A stretch of 64,000 nt of DNA from Dehalococcoidia bacterium (GTDB lineage Bacteria > Chloroflexota > Dehalococcoidia > UBA2979). Each line of letters begins with the position of its first letter. Within the stretch, counting starts at the first letter, position 1. The notes under the pieces were generated by a model, which worked only from the letters and a program-made list of their open reading frames with translations, was not told the DNA's origin and did no database searches. Where the stretch lies: assembly GCA_964291495.2 (NCBI GenBank), contig OZ219871.1, positions 384,001 through 448,000 on the forward strand. The letters run 5' to 3'. Positions 47,644 through 57,544 of this stretch are shown here, one piece after another. The position numbers and the translations under genes were made by a program.

Positions 47644-48756
47644 ATGCCGTCTGCCGAATCCCACTCGCCGGTCGAACGCTGGCTGCTCGCGAATGCGCCA
47701 CCCGAGCCGCTCGACTCGGCCCGGGGGCTGTACGAGCGCATGCCTCGCCAGCGCGACGGCCAGCTCCCGTTCGTCGACGTTCCCTACGACCCCCGCCGCG
47801 AGCAGCACTGGGCCGACGCCGCGCGCATCGCCGACTACGTTGCGCACCTCCCGCACGCTCCGTCCGCGCACGCGGGCCGCGCCCCGCGCGTGCTCGACAT
47901 CGGACCCGGCGACGGCTGGCCGTCGCTGCCGATGGCGGCGGCGCGCCCGGACGCCGAGGTGCTGGGCGTCGATCCGTCGCCGCGGCGGGTGCGCACATGC
48001 AGGGCGAACGCGGCGCGGCTCGCACTGGCGAACGCGCGCTTTGCAACCGCGGACGCAGCCGCGCTGCCCCTCGCCGACGGCTCGGTCGACCTCGTGACCG
48101 CGGCGGCATCGCTCGAGGAGGCCGCGGCTCCCGAGGCGGTCTTCGCCGAGCTGCACCGCGTGCTGCGGCCCGGCGGGGCTTTGCGCGCTTCCTACCAGCA
48201 CTGGCGGCTCCCCGCCCCGGAGATCGAGAGCGTGCTGCTCTGGGAGGGCGTCGACGCCGCCTCGCGCCCGATCCGCCTCTACAGCTATGTGCGGCGGCTG
48301 CAGGATCCGCCGCTGGAGCGTCGCTACACCCTCGAGCTCCCCGCCGGGGGCGAGGCGGCGCGGCTGCACCAGCAGGCCCTCGAGGCCGCCGCGCTCGGTC
48401 GCCGCGCCTACGGCGAGACGCTGCTGGCCGGCGCCCCCGCGCTCGGCATCGAGTTGCTCGGACGGCTCGCGCCCCACGCGCGGCACAGCACGGTCGTGGA
48501 GCTGCGGCGCTGGACGACCGCGTGGCTGCGCGAGGCGTTGCTGCGGGCAGGCTTCGACGAGGTGCGTGCGACGGCACATCCGGGCGAGTTGGCGCGCCAC
48601 CTCGGGCGCGCGCTGATCGCGGCCTCGCCGGCTGCCGCCGCCGGGCAGCGCGACGCCCTCGAGGCGCTCGCACGCGGCTTCGGCGACTGGACGGCGCGGA
48701 TCGGCGAGGCCGGCGGGACGCTGCCGGGCGACGGGATGATCGCGGCGGTCGCGTGA
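47644..48756 (+). CDS. Class I SAM-dependent methyltransferase
   Basis: VLDIGPGDG, GVDPS, DAAALP.ADGSVD, RVLRPGG. Confidence 0.8.
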   Translation: MPSAESHSPVERWLLANAPPEPLDSARGLYERMPRQRDGQLPFVDVPYDPRREQHWADAARIADYVAHLPHAPSAHAGRAPRVLDIGPGDGWPSLPMAAARPDAEVLGVDPSPRRVRTCRANAARLALANARFATADAAALPLADGSVDLVTAAASLEEAAAPEAVFAELHRVLRPGGALRASYQHWRLPAPEIESVLLWEGVDAASRPIRLYSYVRRLQDPPLERRYTLELPAGGEAARLHQQALEAAALGRRAYGETLLAGAPALGIELLGRLAPHARHSTVVELRRWTTAWLREALLRAGFDEVRATAHPGELARHLGRALIAASPAAAAGQRDALEALARGFGDWTARIGEAGGTLPGDGMIAAVA

Positions 48757-48763
48757 GGCGCTC

Positions 48764-49657
48764 TTAGCGCGAGCCCCGGAGGCGCGGGTCGAGCACGTCG
48801 CGGATGACGTCGCCGAGCAGGTTGAAGGCGAGCACCGTGATGGCGATGGCGGTGCCGGCGGAGATCGCCATCCAGGGCTGCTCCTCCATGAAGATGCGCC
48901 CGTCGCGCAGACTGATGCCCCATGAGACGTCGGGCAGTTGGGTGGCGAGCCCGAGGAAGCTGAGCGCGCCCTCGATCAGGATCGCGGCGCCAAAGCCCGC
49001 TGAAATCAGGATCAGGATGACTGGCATCACGTTGGGCAAGACGTGGCGGACCAGGCGTCGGAGCGGGGAGGCGCCGACCACCTCGGCGGCCTCGATGTAG
49101 ACGTTCTCCTTGACGGAGAACACCGCACTTCTCACCACGCGCGAGTTGCTGGCGGAGACGAACACCGCGATCGCGATGACGGCGTTGGTGGTGCTGGGTC
49201 CAATCACGGCGATGATCGCGATCGTCATCATGAGCGCGGGGATCGCCTGGATGGCGTCGACGAAGCGCTGGATGACGAGGTCGGCCGTACCGCCGGCAAA
49301 GCCGCTCACCAATCCGACGATCGAGCCGACGAGGGTGCCGAAGGTGACGGTCAGGAAGCCGGCGTAGATCGAAATGCGCGCTCCCCGGATCAGCCGCGAG
49401 AGCGTGTCGCGGCCGAGGTTGTCCGTGCCAAGCCAGTGGGAACTGCTCGGGCCCTGGTACGTGTCAACCGAGAACTGGGTGAAGCCATATGGGGATATCC
49501 ACGGACCGAGGACCGCGACGAGGACGAGCCCGATGATCACGGCCAGCGAGGCTGCTCCGACCGGCGTCCTGACGATGTTCCACATCGTGTGGACGATCGG
49601 GTTGCGGGCAGGAGTAGCAAACTGCTGAAGCTCCGTGCGGGTTGTGCTCGCGGCCAC
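48764..49657 (-). CDS. Peptide/nickel ABC permease (DppC-like)
   Basis: WLGTDNLGRD, EAAEVVGAS, HVLPN, EGALSFLG, NLLGD.IRD.LDP. Confidence 0.92.
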   Translation of the reverse strand: MAASTTRTELQQFATPARNPIVHTMWNIVRTPVGAASLAVIIGLVLVAVLGPWISPYGFTQFSVDTYQGPSSSHWLGTDNLGRDTLSRLIRGARISIYAGFLTVTFGTLVGSIVGLVSGFAGGTADLVIQRFVDAIQAIPALMMTIAIIAVIGPSTTNAVIAIAVFVSASNSRVVRSAVFSVKENVYIEAAEVVGASPLRRLVRHVLPNVMPVILILISAGFGAAILIEGALSFLGLATQLPDVSWGISLRDGRIFMEEQPWMAISAGTAIAITVLAFNLLGDVIRDVLDPRLRGSR

Positions 49658-49671
49658 CGTTGCCCCCTGCC

Positions 49672-50751
49672 CTAGCTGTAACGGATCCGCGGGTCGATCA
49701 GCGCGTACGAGAGGTCGACCAGCAGGTTCATGAGGATGAAGGTGATCGAGGTGAGCACCACAACGCCCTGCACCACCGGGTAGTCACGGACCTCGACGGC
49801 GTTCAGGAGCAGCGAGCCGAGTCCGGGAAGCGAGAACACGACCTCGATCAGCACGATCCCACCGAGCAGGAAGCTCAACTGTGTGCCCATGATCGTGACC
49901 ACCGGGATGAGCGCGTTCCGCAGCGAGTGCTTGAGGATGACGGGTCGCTCCTCGAGACCCTTCGCGCGAGCGGTGCGCACGTAGTCCTGGCGGAGCACCT
50001 CGAGCATGGCGGATCGCGTCATGCGCGCGCTGATTGCCGAGAGCCGGTACCCGACGATGAGCGCGGGGATGGTGTACGCCTGCAAGTTGGTCCACGTGTC
50101 GGACCAGAAGGAGAAGTAACCAAATGGAGGTGTCCACCCAACGAAGACCGAAAGGATGTAGAGCAATACCGTCGCGGTGAAGAAGTCCGGCACGGAGAGA
50201 CCCAGGACCGAGAACAGGCGCGATACGTAGTCAAGCCAGCTGTCCTGCTTGACCGCCGCGATGATGCCGAGCGGCAGGGCGACCGAGATCGCCACGACCA
50301 TCGCCATCATCGCGAGTTGAACCGAGACGCGCGCTCGCTTGCCGATCTGTTCGAGGATGTCGCGCCGGCTGTCGAGGGATTGTCCGAAGTCGGCGCGGAT
50401 CAGACCTCCGCCGTCGCACTCGCCCAGCAGCGGCTTCTCGCCCAGGAAGCCGAGGGTCAGGATCGATCCGTCCTTGGGAACCGCGCTGTTCGGATCCTGT
50501 ACGGCAGGGGTCACGGCCCAGTTCAGCAGGTCGCCCACCACCCAGCACTGGTACTGGTGCGGCCAGGTGCGCGTGATGCCGAGGTTGTAGGCCATCAGGT
50601 CGAGTTCTTCTTCGGTGTAGCTGCCGCCCTCTTCGAGGTTGGCCATGAGGACGCTGCCTGGCTGCAGGCGGATCAGTAGCGACACCAGGATTGAGATGAT
50701 GATGATGGTGGGAACGGCAGCAATCAGGCGGCGGATGACGTACCTGTACAT
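49672..50751 (-). CDS. Peptide/nickel ABC permease (DppB-like)
   Basis: YVIRRL, DFGQS, DYVRTARAKGL, EVVF..PGLG, RDYPVVQG, DPRIR. Confidence 0.92.
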   Translation of the reverse strand: MYRYVIRRLIAAVPTIIIISILVSLLIRLQPGSVLMANLEEGGSYTEEELDLMAYNLGITRTWPHQYQCWVVGDLLNWAVTPAVQDPNSAVPKDGSILTLGFLGEKPLLGECDGGGLIRADFGQSLDSRRDILEQIGKRARVSVQLAMMAMVVAISVALPLGIIAAVKQDSWLDYVSRLFSVLGLSVPDFFTATVLLYILSVFVGWTPPFGYFSFWSDTWTNLQAYTIPALIVGYRLSAISARMTRSAMLEVLRQDYVRTARAKGLEERPVILKHSLRNALIPVVTIMGTQLSFLLGGIVLIEVVFSLPGLGSLLLNAVEVRDYPVVQGVVVLTSITFILMNLLVDLSYALIDPRIRYS

Positions 50752-50950
50752 GCTGCCCCGTCTCGCTGCACTCGATGCTGCCCCCGCCCAAGGGAGCCCC
50801 GCTCGGCCGGGTGGCCGCCGCGGCAATCATAGTACGCCGTGGCCCGGATCGGGGGATTTGCCGGGATCGGGGCCGCGGTGGCCTGCCTCGGTTCCGGATT
50901 CCCGCCCCGCGGGCCGAATCTCGTGAAGGCGGTTCTGCCCCCGAACGAGA

Positions 50951-50977
50951 GGGGAGCCGGCCAATGGCCGGCTCCCC
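50951..50977 (-). terminator. Hairpin after SBP copy B
   Basis: GGGGAGCCGGCC-AAT-GGCCGGCTCCCC. Confidence 0.7.
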
Positions 50978-51001
50978 GTGTGTACGGCTTCCCTGCTGCC
51001 G

Positions 51002-52855
51002 TTACTTGTCCAGCCACACGTCCGTGAACGAGTCGCCGAAGCGGTAGAAGTAGTGGTAGCTGATGTACGGCCCGTTGAACCGCACGAAGCGCAGCCACGG
51101 CGGGTACGACGTGAGCGAGAACGTGTGAATCGTCTCGAGCCGGTACGCCTCTGCCACCAACTTGTCGAAGATCTTGCGCTGCGTGTCCGAGCGGCTCTCC
51201 GGATCGAGGTCGATCCGCTGCTCGTCTGCCCACGCGTCGATCTCCGGGTCGTTGATGTACCAGCGGTTGTCCGGCGACTGCGAGTGGACCTGCTCCCAGT
51301 AGAAGCCGTCCGCCGCACCGGTGCTGGACGGGGTCGCCCAGCCGTCGGCCACCTCGGGGTACTCGCCCGGGACCCACTGGCTGTTGAACTCCGTGTAGTC
51401 CACCGAGTTGAAGTTCACCGTGATGCCCAGCTCGCGGAACTGCTCCTGCATCAGCTCGGCGTCGCCGGTGCTGAGGTAGCGGTCCGTGGTGAGCACGGTG
51501 AACTCGAGGTTCTCCTGGCCGGCGGCCTGCAGCAGGCTCTGCGCCTCGCCCGGGTTGTACGTGAACCACGGCGCCAGGATCCCGTTCTCGAACGACGGGG
51601 TCTCGTCGTACACGAACGGCCACGCCGCCGTCGGCAGACAGGTGCCGACGCCGTCGTAGATGATCTGGATCGCCAGGTCGCGGTTGAAGCCCAGGTGCAG
51701 CGCCTGCCGCACGCGCGGGTCGGAGAACCGCGGGTCCGTCAGGTTCATGCCCCAGGAACCACTGTTCAGCACCACCGGGTCCGCCAGGACGATGTAGTCC
51801 GGGTTCGTCTCCAGCAGCTCTGCCGCGTGCCTCGGCGTCGACGGCCAGCTGTAGCAGTAGTCCAGGTCGCCGGTGCGGTAGGCCGCGATGCGCGCTGCCG
51901 AGTCGCGCATGATCCGGAACTCCAGGCCGTCCAGCCACGGCTCGCGGCCGTGCATGTTCTTCTCCCAGTAGTCCGGGTTCTTCTCGAGGATGACGTGGCT
52001 GCCCTCCTCGATCTCCGTGATGATCAGCGGGCCCGTGCCGATCGCCTGCGTCGCGATCAGATCCTGATCCACCAGCTCGCGCGGGTAGATGCTCATGAAG
52101 TGCGTCCCGAACGGAATCAGGAAGTCCGGGCTCGGCGCCGAGAGCGTGAACTGGAAGGTGTTCGCGTCCGGCGTGGCCATGTCCGTGACCAGCCCGAACG
52201 CACCCGTGTTGACGCCCGTCGTCGACTGCCGCTCTGCCCACTGCAGCACGTCGGTGGACGAGAAGTCACGCCCGTTCAGCGGCACGACGTTCTGGAACTT
52301 GACGCCGCTGGCCAGGTTGAAGGTCACCTGCGTGCCGTCCGGGGACCACTCCCAGGACTGCGCCAGCTCGGGCTCCAGCTCGACGCTCAGCTTGCTGCCC
52401 GTGTCCGGCCCGTGCTTGAAGCCGAGCAGGCTGTTGTAGGTGCAGTCCGGCGTGGTGGTGCTGCCGCCCGCCTTCTGCAGCGCGGTGTCCATCGCGCCGA
52501 GGTCCCAGGAGACGCCGATCTTGATGACGCCGCCTTCCTTCGGGTCCCCGGCCGGCTCCGGGTAGTTGTATGGGTAGAGCGAGCCATCGGCCATCGCCCG
52601 CCCGACGTAGTCGTCCTCGACCACCTGCTCCGTCGCGGCTGCCTCCGGCGTCGCCGTCGGCGCCGCGGTCGGCGCAACGGTCGGCGCAGGCGTCGGGGCC
52701 GGCGTGGCTGCCGGCTCTTCCTCGTCGTCGTCACCGCAGCCGATCAGCGCGGCCGCGGCCAGGCCCGCTCCGCCGATGACGCCGCCTCTCAGGACGGTGC
52801 GGCGACTCAAGCGCGTGTTGAGTCCCTCGAACCAGTTTCGGCTGTCTTCTGCCAT
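51002..52855 (-). CDS. Family 5 ABC solute-binding Tat lipoprotein, copy B
   Basis: SRRTVL Tat motif, LIGC lipobox, P/T/A linker, PELAQSWE, GVKFQ, IGTGP, NPDYW, RVRQA. Confidence 0.92.
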   Translation of the reverse strand: MAEDSRNWFEGLNTRLSRRTVLRGGVIGGAGLAAAALIGCGDDDEEEPAATPAPTPAPTVAPTAAPTATPEAAATEQVVEDDYVGRAMADGSLYPYNYPEPAGDPKEGGVIKIGVSWDLGAMDTALQKAGGSTTTPDCTYNSLLGFKHGPDTGSKLSVELEPELAQSWEWSPDGTQVTFNLASGVKFQNVVPLNGRDFSSTDVLQWAERQSTTGVNTGAFGLVTDMATPDANTFQFTLSAPSPDFLIPFGTHFMSIYPRELVDQDLIATQAIGTGPLIITEIEEGSHVILEKNPDYWEKNMHGREPWLDGLEFRIMRDSAARIAAYRTGDLDYCYSWPSTPRHAAELLETNPDYIVLADPVVLNSGSWGMNLTDPRFSDPRVRQALHLGFNRDLAIQIIYDGVGTCLPTAAWPFVYDETPSFENGILAPWFTYNPGEAQSLLQAAGQENLEFTVLTTDRYLSTGDAELMQEQFRELGITVNFNSVDYTEFNSQWVPGEYPEVADGWATPSSTGAADGFYWEQVHSQSPDNRWYINDPEIDAWADEQRIDLDPESRSDTQRKIFDKLVAEAYRLETIHTFSLTSYPPWLRFVRFNGPYISYHYFYRFGDSFTDVWLDK

Positions 52856-52946
52856 GCCCCTCCCCCTTCGCGTGCGGTACTCCGCGTGGGACGCTGACGC
52901 TGAGGACGCTCCGTTTCCACGGCTCGCCCCGCTGCACAACTATCGT

Positions 52947-52963
52947 GATGCTAGCACATCGCG
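52947..52963 (-). promoter_or_regulatory. Conserved extended -10 promoter of SBP copy B
   Basis: CGCGATGTGCTAGCATC (minus strand), identical to 55044-55060 although the flanks have diverged. Confidence 0.6.
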
Positions 52964-53050
52964 ACAGCGGGATGCGCGGGGTCACGCCGGATCCGGCGAC
53001 TGCGCGAACCGCATCCGGCCCTGTTGAGGCCGCCGCGGGCCCAACAAGAA

Positions 53051-53076
53051 GGGAGCCGGCCGATTGGCCGGCTCCC
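53051..53076 (-). terminator. Hairpin plus U-rich tail after SBP copy A
   Basis: GGGAGCCGGCC-GATT-GGCCGGCTCCC followed on the minus strand by TTCTTGTT. Confidence 0.75.
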
Positions 53077-53101
53077 CGTGTGTACGGCTTCCTTGTTGCC
53101 G

Positions 53102-54952
53102 TTACTTGTCGAGCCAGGTGTCCATGAAGGAGTCGCCCCAGCGGTAGAACCAGTGGTAGCTGATGTACGGCCCGTTGTACCGCACGAAGCGCAGCCATGG
53201 CGGGTACGACGACAGCGAGAACGTGTGAATCGTCTCGAGCCGGTACGCCTCCGCCACCAACTTGTCGAAGATCTTGCGCTGCGTGTCCGCGCGGCTCTCC
53301 GGATCGAGGTCGATCCGCTGCGCGTCCGCCCACGCGTCGATCTCCGGGTCGTTGATGTACCAGCGGTTGTCCGGCGACTCCGAGTGGACCTGCTCCCAGT
53401 AGAAGCCGTCCGCGGCGCCCGTGCTGGACGGGGTCGCCCAGCCGTCGGCCACCTCGGGGTACTCGCCCGGAACCCACTGGCTGTTGAACTCCGTGTAGTC
53501 CACCGAGTTGAAGTTCACCGTGATGCCGATTTCACGGAACTGCTCCTGCATCAGCTCGGCGTCGCCGGTGCTGAGGTAGCGGTCCGTGGTGAGCACGGTG
53601 AACTCGAGGTTCTCCTGGCCGGCGGCCTGCAGCAGGCTCTGCGCCTCGCCCGGGTTGTACGTGAACCACGGCGCCAGGATCCCGTTCTCGAACGACGGGG
53701 TCTCGTCGTAGACGAACGGCCACGCCGCCGTCGGCAGACAGGTGCCGACGCCGTCGTAGATGATCTGGATCGCCAGGTCGCGGTTGAAGCCCAGGTGCAG
53801 CGCCTGCCGCACGCGCGGGTCGGAGAACCGCGGGTCCGTGAGGTTCATGCCCCACGAACCACTGTTCAGCACCACCGGGTCGGAGAGCACCACGTAGTCC
53901 GGGTTCGTCTCCAGCAACTCCGCCGCGTGCCTCGGCGTCGACGGCCAGCTGTAGCAGTAGTCAAGGTCGCCGGTGCGGTAGGCAGCGATACGCGCCGCCG
54001 AGTCACGCATGATCCGGAACTCCAGGCCGTCCAGCCACGGCTCGCGGCCGTGCAGGTTCTTCTCCCAGTAGTCCGGGTTCGTCTCGAGGATGACGTGGCT
54101 GCCTTCCTCGATCTCCGTGATGATCAGCGACCCGGTACCGATTGCCTGCGTCGCCAGCAGATCCTGATCCACCAGCTCGCGCGGGTAGATGCTCATGAAG
54201 TGCGTGCCGAACGGAATCAGGAAGTCCGGGCTCGGCGACGAAAGCGTGAACTGGAAGGTGTTCGCGTCCGGCGTGGCCATGTCCGTGACCAGCCCGAACG
54301 CGCCCTTGTTGACGCCAGTCGTCGACTGCCGCTCTGCCCACTGCAGCACGTCGGTGGACGAGAAGTCACGCCCGTTCAGCGGCACGACGTTCTGGAACTT
54401 GACGCCGCTGGCCAGGTTGAACGTGACCTGCGTGCCGTCCGGCGACCACTCCCAGGACTGCGCCAGCTCGGGCTCCAGCTCGACGCTCAGCTTGCTGCCC
54501 GTGTCCGGCCCGTGCTTGAAGCCGATCAGGCTGTTGTAGGTGCAGTCCGGCACCGTGGTGCTGCCGCCCGCCTTCTGCAGGGCGGTGTCCATCGCGCCGA
54601 GGTCCCAGGAGACGCCGATCTTGATGACGCCGCCTGCCTTCGGGTCCCCGGGCGGCTCCGGGTAGTTGTACGGGTAGAGCGAGCCGTCGGCCGCCGCCCG
54701 CGCGACGTAGTCGTCCTCGACCGCCTGCTCCGTCGCGGCTGCCTCCGGCGTCGCCGTCGGCGCCGCGGTCGGCGCAACGGTCGGCGCAGGCGTCGGGGCT
54801 GGCGTGGCGGCCGGCTCTTCGTCGTCGTCGCCGCAGCCGATCAGCGCGGCCGCGGCAAGGCCCGCTCCGCCGATCACTCCGCCTCTCAGGACGGTACGGC
54901 GACTCAAGCGTGTGTTGAGTCCGTCGAACCAGTTTCGGCTGTCTTCTGCCAT
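53102..54952 (-). CDS. Family 5 ABC solute-binding Tat lipoprotein, copy A
   Basis: Near-identical to 51002-52855. Confidence 0.92.
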   Translation of the reverse strand: MAEDSRNWFDGLNTRLSRRTVLRGGVIGGAGLAAAALIGCGDDDEEPAATPAPTPAPTVAPTAAPTATPEAAATEQAVEDDYVARAAADGSLYPYNYPEPPGDPKAGGVIKIGVSWDLGAMDTALQKAGGSTTVPDCTYNSLIGFKHGPDTGSKLSVELEPELAQSWEWSPDGTQVTFNLASGVKFQNVVPLNGRDFSSTDVLQWAERQSTTGVNKGAFGLVTDMATPDANTFQFTLSSPSPDFLIPFGTHFMSIYPRELVDQDLLATQAIGTGSLIITEIEEGSHVILETNPDYWEKNLHGREPWLDGLEFRIMRDSAARIAAYRTGDLDYCYSWPSTPRHAAELLETNPDYVVLSDPVVLNSGSWGMNLTDPRFSDPRVRQALHLGFNRDLAIQIIYDGVGTCLPTAAWPFVYDETPSFENGILAPWFTYNPGEAQSLLQAAGQENLEFTVLTTDRYLSTGDAELMQEQFREIGITVNFNSVDYTEFNSQWVPGEYPEVADGWATPSSTGAADGFYWEQVHSESPDNRWYINDPEIDAWADAQRIDLDPESRADTQRKIFDKLVAEAYRLETIHTFSLSSYPPWLRFVRYNGPYISYHWFYRWGDSFMDTWLDK

Positions 54953-55043
54953 GCCCACTCCCCTTCTCGTGCAGCTCCCGCGCTTGCACCCTTAACGGTA
55001 CGAGCGACCGGCCAAACCGGTTCACTCGCACTTCGAGAGCGCG

Positions 55044-55060
55044 GATGCTAGCACATCGCG
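55044..55060 (-). promoter_or_regulatory. Conserved extended -10 promoter of SBP copy A
   Basis: TGC-TAGCAT within a 17-nt block shared with 52947-52963. Confidence 0.6.
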
Positions 55061-55104
55061 CCCTCACGTTGGGCGTTCTTTTTCCTTATGTGCCATAGTG
55101 TTTG

Positions 55105-55794
55105 TTATGCCTGCGGCCCGGCATTCGCGAGGCCCAGCACGCGCTCCAGCCACTGCGAAAGGTCACGCGCGCTGTGCGCTCCCACCTCGTGCGCCATCGG
55201 ATATTCGCGGTAGTCGGGCTCCAGTCCGAGTCCCGCGAGGCGGTCGCGGGAGGTGCGGCCCTTGTCGACGCTCACGCTCGCGTCCGACGCTCCGTGCTGG
55301 ATCAGCAGCGGCAGCGCGCGCACTGCTTCGCCGGGCGTCTCGCCCTCCGCGAAGACGTCGTCGGGCAGGCTCGTGCTCAGCGCCGCGAGGCCGACGAAGC
55401 GCTCCGGCTCGCGGAAGCCGAGGCGGTAGGCCATCCCGCCGCCCTGGCTGAAGCCGAGCAGCGCGACGCGATCGCGGTCGACGGGGTAGGCCTCGAGGGC
55501 GAAGTCGACGAACTCGCTGACCATCGCGGTGGCGCCCTCGACGACTTCGGGGGAGCCGCGGCCCTCGGGGCCGCTGAAGGCGTGCCAGTTGAAGCCGTAG
55601 AAGCCGGGCTGGATCGGCAACGGCGCCTGCGGGCAGATCATCAGCAGCCGCCCGCCGGCGAGATAAGGGCTGAGGCCGAGCAGGTCCTGCGCGTTCGCCC
55701 CGTAGCCGTGCAGCGCGATCAGCGTCGGCAGCGCCCCTCCGCCGTCTGAGTCATCAAGCGTTCCCGGGTGCGCGACGGCGTGAATGAGTGTCAT
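55105..55794 (-). CDS. Phospholipase/carboxylesterase alpha/beta hydrolase
   Basis: LHGYG, GFSQGG, QHGASD, YPMAHEV. Confidence 0.9.
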   Translation of the reverse strand: MTLIHAVAHPGTLDDSDGGGALPTLIALHGYGANAQDLLGLSPYLAGGRLLMICPQAPLPIQPGFYGFNWHAFSGPEGRGSPEVVEGATAMVSEFVDFALEAYPVDRDRVALLGFSQGGGMAYRLGFREPERFVGLAALSTSLPDDVFAEGETPGEAVRALPLLIQHGASDASVSVDKGRTSRDRLAGLGLEPDYREYPMAHEVGAHSARDLSQWLERVLGLANAGPQA

Positions 55795-55918
55795 GGGGCC
55801 TCCCGCGACGCCCTCGGGGGCGCTCGCTCGCGCAGTATAGGCGGGCGGCACGCCGGCCCCCGACGATGGGTTCGCACCCGCTGCTATCATCGCGGCGCAG
55901 CGGGGGCGGAGGAGCGGC

Positions 55919-56356
55919 GTGGCCTACCACGTGTACTTCGAGGACGTCGAGGTTGGGGACAGCGTCCCGGACTGGTCGCGCACGACGGACTTCATGCACT
56001 GGAACCGCTACGCGGCGGTGAACGACGAGTTCGTCTACATCCACATGGACGACGACGCGGGACGGCGCGGCGCCAACGAGCAGGGCGCCTTCGGCATGGG
56101 CAACCTGCGCTTCGCCTACCTGATCAACATGCTGCGCGACTGGGCCGGCGACGAGGTGGAGGTGCGCGAGCTGGGCGTGCAGTTCCGCGCCATCAACCAG
56201 AAGAACGACACCCTGACCTGCACCGCCACGATCAGCGAGAAGACCATCGAGGACGGCGAGCACCTCGTGCGCCTGGAGATCAACGTGCTCAACCAGGACG
56301 GCCGGGGCACCACGCCCGGCCACGCCGTCGTCGTGCTGCCCTCGCGCGAGGGCTAG
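55919..56356 (+). CDS. MaoC-like hotdog dehydratase
   Basis: YFEDVEVGD, YAAVNDEF..IHMD. Confidence 0.8.
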   Translation: MAYHVYFEDVEVGDSVPDWSRTTDFMHWNRYAAVNDEFVYIHMDDDAGRRGANEQGAFGMGNLRFAYLINMLRDWAGDEVEVRELGVQFRAINQKNDTLTCTATISEKTIEDGEHLVRLEINVLNQDGRGTTPGHAVVVLPSREG

Positions 56357-56377
56357 CGAGCCGCCCCGGCGAGCACC

Positions 56378-57532
56378 ATGATCGCAGCCGAGTTCATCAC
56401 CGAGTCCCCGGAGCAGATCGGCATCGACCCCGCAGGGTTGCAGAGGCTGCGCGACTACGTGCGCAGCGAGGTGGCCTCCGGCCTTCCCAGCGCGCAGCTG
56501 GCGGTCGGCCGGCGCGGCCGGATCGCCGCGGTCGCCTGCTACGGCGAGGTGACGCGGGGCGGCCGCTCGGGCCCCGCCGAGGCGGACACGCTCTACTGCA
56601 TCTACTCGTCGACCAAAGGCATCGTCGGCGCCGCTGCATGGGCGCTGATCGAGGACGGACTGCTGGACATCGAGGAGCGCGTCTCGGCAATCGTCCCCCA
56701 GTTCCTGAGCAACGGCACCGAGCAGGTCACCGTCCGCCAGGTGCTCACGCACACCGCGGGCTTCCCCTACGCGCCGATGCATCCCGACCTCTGGGAGGAC
56801 CGCGCCAGGCGGCAGGAGCGGATGGACTACTGGCGCCTCACCTGGGAGCCAGACAGCCGCTTCGAGTACCACGCGACCTCGGCCCACTGGACGCTCGCCG
56901 AGATCATCAGCCAGCGCACGGGCGAGGACTTCCGGGACTACGTGCGCCAGCGATTGCTCTCGCCGATGGGCCTGCCCGACCTCTGGGTCGGCCTGCCGGA
57001 CGAGCAGCACCACCGCGCCGCCGACGTCGTCTACACCGAGCCACCGGTGGAGCCGGAGGGCGGCTGGACCGAGACCAACCCGGACACCGTGTTGCACTTC
57101 AACCTGCCCTCGCAGCGGCGATCGGGCTGCCCCGGGGCGGCCGGCTTCGGCGGCGCCGGCGAGCTCGCCCTCTTCTACCAGCGGCTGGTCAGCCCGGCCG
57201 AGTCCGGCGACCACGCGCCGCTCGAGGCCGAGACCATCGAGTACGCCACGCGCGTGCTGACGGACGATCGCCATCGCACGCCCGAGGGGCTGCCGGTCAA
57301 CCGCGCGCTGGCGGTCGTGGTAGCGGGCGATCGCCCCGCCGACCGCGGGTTCGCACCGACAGCCTCGGCACGCGCCTTCGGACACGGCGGCGCGGGCGGC
57401 CAGATCGCCTGGGGCGATCCGGAGAGCGGCTTCTCGCTCGGCTTCGTGACGAACGGCTTCGTCCCACCGGAAGCTCAGGAGGCGCGCAGCCGCGAGATCA
57501 ACCGCCTCGCCGGTGAGTGCATGCTCGACTGA
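56378..57532 (+). CDS. Serine hydrolase, beta-lactamase-related
   Basis: SSTK, LTHTAG, FEYH, FGHGGAGG. Confidence 0.9.
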   Translation: MIAAEFITESPEQIGIDPAGLQRLRDYVRSEVASGLPSAQLAVGRRGRIAAVACYGEVTRGGRSGPAEADTLYCIYSSTKGIVGAAAWALIEDGLLDIEERVSAIVPQFLSNGTEQVTVRQVLTHTAGFPYAPMHPDLWEDRARRQERMDYWRLTWEPDSRFEYHATSAHWTLAEIISQRTGEDFRDYVRQRLLSPMGLPDLWVGLPDEQHHRAADVVYTEPPVEPEGGWTETNPDTVLHFNLPSQRRSGCPGAAGFGGAGELALFYQRLVSPAESGDHAPLEAETIEYATRVLTDDRHRTPEGLPVNRALAVVVAGDRPADRGFAPTASARAFGHGGAGGQIAWGDPESGFSLGFVTNGFVPPEAQEARSREINRLAGECMLD

Positions 57533-57544
57533 ATCTCCCTTACC

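Noticed and set aside
52640-52720. Short tandem-like DNA repeats in both SBP genes
   Set aside because: They simply encode the Pro/Thr/Ala linker of the lipoproteins.
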